Shown here in pieces: positions 1 to 5,448 of a DNA stretch of 6,997 nt. Made by a program: the position numbers and the translations under genes. This DNA is from a virus (taxonomy: Duplodnaviria > Heunggongvirae > Uroviricota > Caudoviricetes), in the IMG/VR virus record IMGVR_UViG_2547132274_000005, positions 1 to 6,997 of that record. One strand, given 5' to 3'. A model generated the notes under the pieces. It saw only the letters and a list, made by a program, of their open reading frames with translations. It did not search any database and had not been told where the DNA came from. Each line of letters begins with the position of its first letter. Position 1 is the first letter of the stretch.

Positions 1-297
1 CCCGCCAGCAGTGCGATGCGCCAGCATTGCCGCGAATACGGAGGCCGGGGAGTCGTAATACGCCAGCAGTGATTCGCCGTGTGGTGTCAGGCAGTGCAAC
101 GCCAGCCCGTGTGGTGTGAAGTCCACGCGGTAGCAGTCGTCTACTGTGAAATAAAGGGTGTCCGCATTCTCCGGTTTTGTGGTGCGTGCTCTGTTGTCAC
201 GACCACGGATGTAGAGATCAAATAATCCCTGAAGAATGGGAGCCAGACGGGTGTCCTGTGTGCGCACCCATCTTGTGAAGTCATGAGCGTCAATCAT
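1..297 (-). CDS. Hypothetical protein, N-terminal 99 aa only (MIDAHDFTRWVRTQDTRLAPILQGLFDLYIRGRDNRARTTKPENADTLYF...); CDS continues beyond window start
   Basis: Minus-strand frame is open from the ATG at 297 to position 1 (99 codons, no stop). It is absent from the ORF track because no stop lies in the window. Weak SD-like AAGAGA sits about 9 nt upstream. Same frame and orientation as the upstream 76-aa gene. No family recognised. Confidence 0.5.
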   Translation of the reverse strand, partial: MIDAHDFTRWVRTQDTRLAPILQGLFDLYIRGRDNRARTTKPENADTLYFTVDDCYRVDFTPHGLALHCLTPHGESLLAYYDSPASVFAAMLAHRTAGG

Positions 298-369
298 GCT
301 GCAATTCTCTTTACTACAGATGTGCGAAGGCCTCCCGCCGCAAGGTGCAGGAAAGGCCCGGAACAGGAA

Positions 370-600
370 TTAATGGAGTTTGTTTTGCTGCTGGATGAGC
401 TGCTGAAGCTCGCGCAGATCATCCGCCAGATAGCTGAAAACAGAGGCGGAATAGCTGTTCGATAGTGCGTGACTGCGTTCATGCAGCATATTGATGTGCA
501 TGATTTGCGCGACACGGAATGCGCGGAAAAGTCTGCGGTTGATTTCAGTCTGGATGTGACGACGCTCCGCGATAGCGCGGTGCTGTTTGCGGTTTGCCAT
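370..600 (-). CDS. Small basic protein, 76 aa (MANRKQHRAIAERRHIQTEINRRL...), function unknown; possible nucleic-acid-binding regulator
   Basis: ATG at 600 is preceded by GAGG at about 7 nt spacing. The N-terminus is arginine/lysine-rich and the C-terminus looks heptad-like. Track ORF 370..600. Confidence 0.55.
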   Translation of the reverse strand: MANRKQHRAIAERRHIQTEINRRLFRAFRVAQIMHINMLHERSHALSNSYSASVFSYLADDLRELQQLIQQQNKLH

Positions 601-632
601 GGTGTGGCCTCTGTAGTTGCAAGTTTTGAAAA

Positions 633-667
633 CTCACCATCCAGAGGTTGCAATTCTGGGTGGTGAG
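633..667 (+). other. Stem-loop: 13-bp stem (one G.U pair on the + strand transcript) with 9-nt loop GGTTGCAAT
   Basis: 633-645 ctcaccatccaga pairs with 655-667 tctgggtggtgag. The single non-Watson-Crick position is a G.U pair on the + strand and an A/C mismatch on the minus strand, a weak hint that the + strand RNA is the one that folds. The loop carries the repeated motif. Confidence 0.45.
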
Positions 668-830
668 ACGTACGGGGTTGCAACCACCGGCAACTACAGA
701 AACCGGCCCGACCGAAGTCGGCCCCGTACGCCCCACCATAATTCGTGTGCGAAAAAGACGTGGCGATACGGTACGCACAAAAAAACCGCTGGCGCGGTTG
801 TGCGCTGTAGTTGTCAGCGGGGGTTGCAAT
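646..830. repeat. Three copies of motif GGTTGCAA(C/T)(C) with palindromic core TTGCAA: 646-654, 676-685 (perfect 10-bp palindrome GGTTGCAACC), 822-830; a fourth TTGCAA at 617-622
   Basis: Direct reading of the sequence. TTGCAA is not clustered like this anywhere else in the window. Copies 1 and 3 sit in 9-nt loops of local hairpins (the stem for copy 3 is only 4 bp, 818-821 with 831-834). Confidence 0.6.
779..798 (-). terminator. Putative rho-independent terminator for the leftward operon
   Basis: On the minus strand: ACCGC-GCCA-GCGGU hairpin (5-bp GC-rich stem) followed directly by UUUUUUU (+ strand A-run 779-785). It lies about 150 nt downstream of the stop of the last operon gene at 939. 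Confidence 0.45.
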
Positions 831-938
831 CCCGGCACTCGTTTTATGAGGTGCAGCGGAAATGTAACCTGACTGATTGCGGCATGGCAAGCGGTTTTTT
901 TGTGTATACATGGGTTAACCTTCTGGCAGTGACACGGA

Positions 939-1085
939 TTACACGGCGTACAGGCCGCGAGCGTGACACCACACTTCAAACATTCGTTTCACAATTTCGC
1001 GGCAGTAGTAGCCATCAACATCCCTTGTCAGGTCATAGCGATTGCCGTAACGCTGGCGCATCCATCGTTCAAAGGCTTTGTGCAT
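939..1085 (-). CDS. Small protein, 48 aa (MHKAFERWMRQRYGNRYDLTRDVDGYYCREIVKRMFEVWCHARGLYAV), function unknown
   Basis: ATG at 1085 is preceded by GAGGA at about 6 nt spacing. The track ORF 939..1139 begins at an upstream non-ATG codon; I prefer the ATG with the strong SD. Confidence 0.5.
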   Translation of the reverse strand: MHKAFERWMRQRYGNRYDLTRDVDGYYCREIVKRMFEVWCHARGLYAV

Positions 1086-1122
1086 GTTCTGTCCTCTGGC
1101 TTTTTGTTTATTCGTTATATTT

Positions 1123-1146
1123 CCGGCCAGCGGTTTCACTGGCCGG
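1123..1146. other. Intergenic GC-rich stem-loop (8-bp stem CCGGCCAG/CTGGCCGG, 8-nt loop) between the SPFH gene stop and the 48-aa gene
   Basis: Perfect inverted repeat read directly. No U-run follows on the minus-strand transcript, so it is probably not a terminator; it may be an RNA processing or stability element. Confidence 0.35.
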
Positions 1147-1152
1147 GTTGAA

Positions 1153-1977
1153 TCACTTCACCGGAACAAACGGAACAGCGGTATTACTGGTCATGTATTG
1201 CGGCAGCGTGCCGTTCCATTTGTTGATTGCTTCCAGCTCCATAACACCGGGGTTCTGGCGCAGAGCTTCACCGCGTAAACGAATAGCATCGGCTTCAGCC
1301 TGGGCTTTTGTGCGAATGGCATCAGCCTGTCCGGCTGCTTCTGCGCGTAGCATGTTGGCTTCTGCTTCGCGTTGCTTGACTTCCTGCTCGCGTTGCAGGG
1401 TTTTCTGGTTTGCCGTGACTTTGGCGTTAATGCTGTCGATAACGGTTGGCGGATATTCCGGTTTACCCACATAAGAGAGGCTCATGACCTGAATACCGAT
1501 GGGGGTCATCTCTTCCTGAATATCTTTAAGTGCTGAATCCAGCAGTTCAGACTTACCACCGTCGATAAACTTATCGGTGGTCATTTTGCTGGCCAGTCGG
1601 TTGAGTGCATCGGCGATCTTCTGGCGCAGGTCAGTGTCGGTAATGTCATCCACGCCTTTGCGGTAGGTCTGAAACACTGTGGTAACTTTGGATGGATCAA
1701 CCTTGTAAGCCACGCCGATGTGATAGCCGATGGTTGTGCCGTCACTCATCTGGAAGCTGAACGGCTCATCGTAGGTCTTCATTTGCTTGAAGGTGGGGAA
1801 GATGTAAACCTCTGTATTCCAGCCAGTCCAGTAGCGGCCAACGCCAACCACTTCGCCGACGCCTTTGTCGTCGCCCAGTTTGTTGACTTTGATGCCTACA
1901 TTGCCCGGCTCCACGCGGTCACAGCCAACCAGAAGTGTGGTCATCAGGAGAGGGATGAGTGGTAATAGTTTTTTCAT
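1153..1977 (-). CDS. SPFH/band-7 (stomatin-prohibitin-flotillin-HflK/C) domain lipoprotein, 274 aa; predicted inner-membrane lipoprotein
   Basis: N-terminal signal MKKLLPLIPLLMTTLLVGC with lipobox LVGC; the +2 residue after Cys is Asp, the E. coli inner-membrane retention signal. The body is a globular beta-rich domain followed by an Ala/Glu/Gln/Arg-rich coiled coil (QREQEVKQREAEANMLRAEAAGQADAIRTKAQAEADAIRLRGEAL), typical of SPFH proteins. The start ATG overlaps the stop of the upstream 70-aa gene (ATGA). Confidence 0.85.
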   Translation of the reverse strand: MKKLLPLIPLLMTTLLVGCDRVEPGNVGIKVNKLGDDKGVGEVVGVGRYWTGWNTEVYIFPTFKQMKTYDEPFSFQMSDGTTIGYHIGVAYKVDPSKVTTVFQTYRKGVDDITDTDLRQKIADALNRLASKMTTDKFIDGGKSELLDSALKDIQEEMTPIGIQVMSLSYVGKPEYPPTVIDSINAKVTANQKTLQREQEVKQREAEANMLRAEAAGQADAIRTKAQAEADAIRLRGEALRQNPGVMELEAINKWNGTLPQYMTSNTAVPFVPVK

Positions 1978-2186
1978 TGTTTGGTTTCCATAATTGCTTT
2001 GATGTAGTTACTGAAAAAGCGGACAACGCCCGCCGGGTACAGCAAGGCGACAAAAATGCCCAGCAATACCAGGAAGGAGCTGTCTGATGAAATCATTCTG
2101 GGAAGTAGCCCCACATACAGAATGAGAGAAACGAGGACGCATACCAGCGCCCACATGTATGCGCGAAACCAGGTCTTTTTGTTCAT
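1974..2186 (-). CDS. Small integral membrane protein, 70 aa, two predicted TM helices; partner of the SPFH lipoprotein (NfeD-like role possible)
   Basis: Two hydrophobic segments (WALVCVLVSLILYVGLL and FLVLLGIFVALLYPAGVV). Its stop overlaps the start of the SPFH gene. The SD upstream of the ATG at 2186 is weak. Confidence 0.65.
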   Translation of the reverse strand: MNKKTWFRAYMWALVCVLVSLILYVGLLPRMISSDSSFLVLLGIFVALLYPAGVVRFFSNYIKAIMETKQ

Positions 2187-2197
2187 ATCGCGGTTCT

Positions 2198-2497
2198 TTA
2201 CTGGTTAAGGAAAAAATCAAAAACCTTGTCGATGCGTTGCAGTAGCTCTCGTTGCATTGCTTCCGGCGTTTCTGGTTCACCAGGCGAACCCAGTGGTGCG
2301 CAGAAATCAGCGATTTCATGATGGAGCGTCAGGCGAATGGCTGGAGCCATGGTTCTGGCGTGCTCCAGCTCATCCAGCAGTGCCAGCACAGCGGACGGCG
2401 AGAGCATTGCGTGAAACGCTAGTAATTTTTGATGCGTTGCCATTCGTTGCGAGTCTGTCGCCAGTTCGCGTAGTTCCTGGTGGTTGATGGTGCTCAT
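2198..2497 (-). CDS. Hypothetical acidic protein, 99 aa
   Basis: Track ORF. The ATG at 2497 overlaps the stop of the upstream gene (ATGA coupling). No recognisable motif. Confidence 0.6.
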   Translation of the reverse strand: MSTINHQELRELATDSQRMATHQKLLAFHAMLSPSAVLALLDELEHARTMAPAIRLTLHHEIADFCAPLGSPGEPETPEAMQRELLQRIDKVFDFFLNQ

Positions 2498-2739
2498 GCT
2501 CTGGCTTCCTTCAGTAGTTGGTTAAACATGTTGGTAAGTGGATTGCCGCACCCGAACGGCATCGGGTTTATCTGGTAAGAAAAGCGACCGCCTGTTTTGC
2601 GCTCTTTTCTTATGACTGAACCGCTGCGCCAGAGTCGGCGTAACTCCGCATTAATGGCTGTGGTTGGGGTATTTAGCGCGGCAGCGATTTCTCCACCGCT
2701 ACAACCCGGATTGGCGGCGATGTAGTCCAGAATGGTCAT
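2494..2739 (-). CDS. Small winged-helix-like DNA-binding protein, 81 aa (putative transcriptional regulator)
   Basis: Pattern SGGEIAAALNTPTTAINAELRRLWRSGSVIRKERKTGGRFSYQI resembles helix-turn-helix plus beta-hairpin wing. The ATG at 2739 overlaps the stop of the upstream gene. Confidence 0.6.
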   Translation of the reverse strand: MTILDYIAANPGCSGGEIAAALNTPTTAINAELRRLWRSGSVIRKERKTGGRFSYQINPMPFGCGNPLTNMFNQLLKEARA

Positions 2740-2966
2740 CTTCGTGGCTCCTGTACCCTGGTCGTTAGTTGCCTGCTTTTTTTGCGCAGAACCTGTACAT
2801 ACATCACGTTAGTAGCCGTGTAATGCTTCCCGTTCTTAAGCCAGATGTGATGAATACCGGGCTCGCTGCGGGAGGGGGCTGTTCTGTCGTGATCGATCAG
2901 GCTGTCTTCCACGTCGTATTCAATGCCGCCCGATGTGAAATGTACGGTTAAGAATGATTTGATCAT
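2736..2966 (-). CDS. Hypothetical protein, 77 aa (MIKSFLTVHFTSGGIEYDVEDSLIDHDR...)
   Basis: ATG at 2966 is preceded by a strong SD AAGGAG at about 7 nt. The track ORF extends to 3068 in a frame that overlaps the 137-aa gene, so I trimmed it to the SD-supported ATG. Confidence 0.6.
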   Translation of the reverse strand: MIKSFLTVHFTSGGIEYDVEDSLIDHDRTAPSRSEPGIHHIWLKNGKHYTATNVMYVQVLRKKSRQLTTRVQEPRR

Positions 2967-2994
2967 CGCTGTGCTCCTTTGGTTTTTCATGGGG

Positions 2995-3408
2995 TTATGC
3001 GTTAAATGGGGAAGAGGTTGCCATGTCGATGAACGCAATCCGGTCGCGTCTGATGATGTGTACATCACTCAGCGGTTCGCTCTCATTTGCCGGAACCGCA
3101 GCAATCATGTAGCTCCCCTGCAGGTCTGCCAGGATGATGTATTCCTGTTGTGGGTTGTTGATGATAAAGACCCGTTTCCCAATGCTGGGGGAAGAAGTGT
3201 TGGTGCCGGCTAATTGAGCTTTGAGAGTGCTGATTTCGTTGTTCAGGCTTTCAATAAGTCCAGCAGCACTTGCGGTGACTTCTGCTATAGCCATTGAACG
3301 AACATAAAAGGGAATAAGCCCTTCTCTCAATGCCTGCCTGGCTAATGCATCTTCCATTTCTGATATTTTTTTCAGTTTGGTGATGGTGACTGTATCTTTA
3401 GCGTTCAT
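2995..3408 (-). CDS. Hypothetical protein, 137 aa; N-terminal helical/coiled-coil region and C-terminal beta-rich region
   Basis: ATG at 3408 is preceded by GAGGA at about 7 nt. Track ORF. Confidence 0.7.
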   Translation of the reverse strand: MNAKDTVTITKLKKISEMEDALARQALREGLIPFYVRSMAIAEVTASAAGLIESLNNEISTLKAQLAGTNTSSPSIGKRVFIINNPQQEYIILADLQGSYMIAAVPANESEPLSDVHIIRRDRIAFIDMATSSPFNA

Positions 3409-3499
3409 TTTGTATCCTCGTTATTTGTGTGTGCGAATACCTCCGCGAGTGCGGATTGTTTTCACGTTTTCTTATTTAATCTGGTGTTTAGTTGTGCTG

Positions 3500-3613
3500 T
3501 TATTCGTCGGGGAAATAACGTTCAATCTTTTTCACTGAATGAATAATTCGCACAATCCCAATGGCGCAGACCACCGAAATAATCAGAACAAGCCAGGACA
3601 TAAATATACTCAT
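3500..3613 (-). CDS. Small hydrophobic peptide, 37 aa (MSIFMSWLVLIISVVCAIGIVRIIHSVKKIERYFPDE), single predicted TM helix
   Basis: Not in the ORF track (under 60 aa). The ATG at 3613 overlaps the stop of the upstream 80-aa gene (ATGA) and is preceded by GGAGA at about 7 nt. The hydrophobic core is followed by a charged tail. Confidence 0.45.
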   Translation of the reverse strand: MSIFMSWLVLIISVVCAIGIVRIIHSVKKIERYFPDE

Positions 3614-3852
3614 GCGGCGTTCTCCAGTTCGTATGGTTCAATAATGCACCCTTTACACAAAAGCCCCACCACAGTTTCGAGTTCTTTATATGCGTAAAAA
3701 TCCCTTCGAATTTTGGCGTATTCCCGAAGGTGGCGAACCGATTCTGTCAGCGAGTTATGAGCTAGGGGAACAGCAGAATGACCGTACTCCGCTACATCAA
3801 AATGATATTGCTCAAGTGCTTTGTTAATGAGAGTTTTATATTCTTTGTCCAT
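3610..3852 (-). CDS. Hypothetical protein, 80 aa
   Basis: ATG at 3852 is preceded by AAAGGA at about 7 nt. It lies 11 nt downstream of the previous gene's stop. Confidence 0.65.
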   Translation of the reverse strand: MDKEYKTLINKALEQYHFDVAEYGHSAVPLAHNSLTESVRHLREYAKIRRDFYAYKELETVVGLLCKGCIIEPYELENAA

Positions 3853-3863
3853 CGCAATATCCT

Positions 3864-4142
3864 TTAATCTGCTTTCTGAATTTCAGCTTCTGAATCCATG
3901 CAGATAATTTCGATGTATGGTTCATCGCTATTAATCTGACGTGCCTTTTCAGCTTTGCTAATGATTTCTCGTACGGTCTGGTACGGAAGCTCCACAGTCA
4001 GGCGCGTACCGTTCAGATAAACGTAAGTAGCTGCGTTTTTTTCGGATGGAACAACTCCGTCAATGGCTGATGCGCGTAATAACAGTTCACCGCGAAAATC
4101 AATAAAACGGATAAATACACCTTGTGCATGCTCTTTGGTCAT
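3864..4142 (-). CDS. Hypothetical protein, 92 aa (MTKEHAQGVFIRFIDFRGELLLRASAIDG...)
   Basis: Internal ATG at 4142 is preceded by AGGTG at about 5 nt. The longer track ORF (to 4202) would overlap the upstream gene. Confidence 0.55.
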   Translation of the reverse strand: MTKEHAQGVFIRFIDFRGELLLRASAIDGVVPSEKNAATYVYLNGTRLTVELPYQTVREIISKAEKARQINSDEPYIEIICMDSEAEIQKAD

Positions 4143-4152
4143 AAAGCACCTG

Positions 4153-4503
4153 TTATAAATCAGTCTGTTTAATAAAACTTTGTCCGCGAAGCAGACGATC
4201 AACCGTGCGTAGTGCTTCGTATAATGTGAAATCCTGCCCGAACTGATTGTCGCCGCTGCTTAGTGCAAAAATGCGATTTCCGGTAAACGGATTGCGTGGG
4301 CATTTATGGACCACGATTCCAGCTTTCTCAATCAGCCAGGCATGCTCGCCGATTTGTTTTACTGGGTGGCCATCCGGCGTTGCGTGTGTTTCGCTCAGGC
4401 TGTAACGAGAGCTGCTGCGTGATGCACTGGTAGCGAAACGGTTAGCATGGCGTTCTGCCCCGTTGCGGAAGCGTTGCTGTGAAGAATTACGTCGTTGCTT
4501 CAT
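4153..4503 (-). CDS. Hypothetical basic protein, 116 aa; first gene of a promoter-proximal sub-operon (alternative start at 4551 would give 132 aa)
   Basis: ATG at 4503 is preceded by AGGA at about 9 nt; the ATG at 4551 has no SD. The N-terminus is Arg/Ser-rich. Confidence 0.5.
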   Translation of the reverse strand: MKQRRNSSQQRFRNGAERHANRFATSASRSSSRYSLSETHATPDGHPVKQIGEHAWLIEKAGIVVHKCPRNPFTGNRIFALSSGDNQFGQDFTLYEALRTVDRLLRGQSFIKQTDL

Positions 4504-4645
4504 ACAAAAATATCCTGCTGCTGTTGCGAATTTGTGCCGGGTTTTAGCCATGTCCGGCGCATGGTTTTGTGGTATTTTTCCGGCGCCCGCAGTCTTGAAG
4601 GGGCTGTAAAGGGCGCGTGTTTAACCAACCACAAATGAGGTTTAT

Positions 4646-4882
4646 ATGACTCAAAAATCAGTACCTGTTTATACGCCCAGTGAACTTGAGTGTCTGAGTG
4701 TTAATAATCATGCCTGCCTACGTTTCCATTATGATTTAGGTAACGATACTGAGTTACCTAAAGCTGGAGAGTTGTTTACGGCCTTAACTCTTGAGCAAGC
4801 AAAAGACCTTGTTGTTTTTCTTCAGCAATACATCTCAAAGGCTGAGATTACAGAATCCTTAAGCTCTAAATCACGTCATTGA
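4646..4882 (+). CDS. Hypothetical protein, 78 aa, encoded opposite to the surrounding operon (moron-like)
   Basis: ATG at 4646 is preceded by GAGG at 5 nt. The ORF is visibly AT-richer than its neighbours (by eye, not computed). Its 3' end overlaps the 3' end of the convergent 163-aa gene by 7 nt. Confidence 0.5.
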   Translation: MTQKSVPVYTPSELECLSVNNHACLRFHYDLGNDTELPKAGELFTALTLEQAKDLVVFLQQYISKAEITESLSSKSRH

Positions 4883-5367
4883 TTTATGAATCCGAGGAAC
4901 TTCCCTTTTTTGAGGTACCGCCGGTTCATTTTTACTGAGTCAACTTGAAGGTCTTGACTTTCTTTTATATCGGGGGTACAAGCCCCCGATATATTTCGTG
5001 GCTCAATTAGCATTGATTTGTTATTCAGAATCTGCCCGTAAAGTTCCAGTGCTTCTTCAGCAGGAAAACGGAGCATGACGCCGTATATTGGTTCTAAAAT
5101 CATTCCAATCGTCTCTTTGACGTCATCTCGACAAAAATGACCGTATTCATCGTCAGGATGCAGGGTGACACTTTTCAAATCTTCGCCATTCTGAAGCTTT
5201 GATTTAAATGCCATCAGGTCAGCGAACGTTCTGTGTAATTCGTGGTAGTCAACGCTGATTTCAATCTGCGGTTTGCCCGGAAAAACCAGCAAAAGCTTCT
5301 GGTGTGGTTTTTCGTTTTTCAGGGCTTCCAGTCGTTCCAGTAGTGCTTTATCTTCGTGGTTTGTCAT
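4876..5367 (-). CDS. Hypothetical acidic protein, 163 aa (181 aa if the TTG at 5421 is used)
   Basis: Track ORF 4876..5421 begins at TTG. The first in-frame ATG is at 5367, with only a weak GGGA SD. Second gene of the leftward operon after the Cox-like gene. Confidence 0.55.
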   Translation of the reverse strand: MTNHEDKALLERLEALKNEKPHQKLLLVFPGKPQIEISVDYHELHRTFADLMAFKSKLQNGEDLKSVTLHPDDEYGHFCRDDVKETIGMILEPIYGVMLRFPAEEALELYGQILNNKSMLIEPRNISGACTPDIKESQDLQVDSVKMNRRYLKKGKFLGFINQ

Positions 5368-5448
5368 TTCAAAGTCCCAGCCACAGCAACCATGCGTCTC
5401 GTTGTTCTTTCGGGCGTGCAAAGAATGCGTCGACGCTCTTGATGTTGC

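Noticed and set aside
640-835. tRNA or tRNA 3' fragments (att remnants) suggested by GGTTGCAATCC resembling the tRNA T-arm GGTTCGAATCC
   Set aside because: The loop reads TTGCAAT, not TTCGAAT; the invariant C56 of the T-loop is replaced by G in all copies. No acceptor stem or anticodon arm could be built around any copy. I read them as palindromic motifs.
891-901. + strand T7 run as an intrinsic terminator
   Set aside because: The only preceding hairpin is a 4-bp TTGC/GCAA stem; on the minus strand the tract is an A-run. Too weak to call a terminator.
294-911. 205-aa minus-strand ORF from the track (also 545..979 minus, 648..872 plus, 469..666 plus, 283..465 plus)
   Set aside because: These overlap the SD-supported 76-aa gene in other frames or cross the hairpin/motif region and terminator. 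The translations are compositionally implausible, so I treat them as spurious.
617-1474. 285-aa + strand ORF from the track
   Set aside because: It runs antisense through the structured noncoding region, the 48-aa gene and the 5' end of the SPFH gene. The translation is low-complexity (Arg/Ser/Cys/Ala-rich) and there is no credible start context. Most likely a shadow frame of GC-rich antisense sequence.
1191-2487. Track ORFs overlapping the SPFH, 70-aa and 99-aa genes (1191..1472 minus, 1720..1965 plus, 2008..2319 minus, 2257..2487 plus, 1078..1278 plus, 963..1151 plus)
   Set aside because: They are shadow frames of the clearly coding SPFH operon, with implausible basic or low-complexity translations.
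2736-3068. Longer 110-aa version of the 77-aa gene
   Set aside because: The extended N-terminus overlaps the 3' end of the 137-aa gene in another frame, while the internal ATG at 2966 has a strong AAGGAG SD in the short intergenic gap.
2769-3213. + strand ORFs 2769..2951 and 2923..3213
   Set aside because: They lie antisense to the SD-supported 77-aa and 137-aa genes and have no start context of their own.
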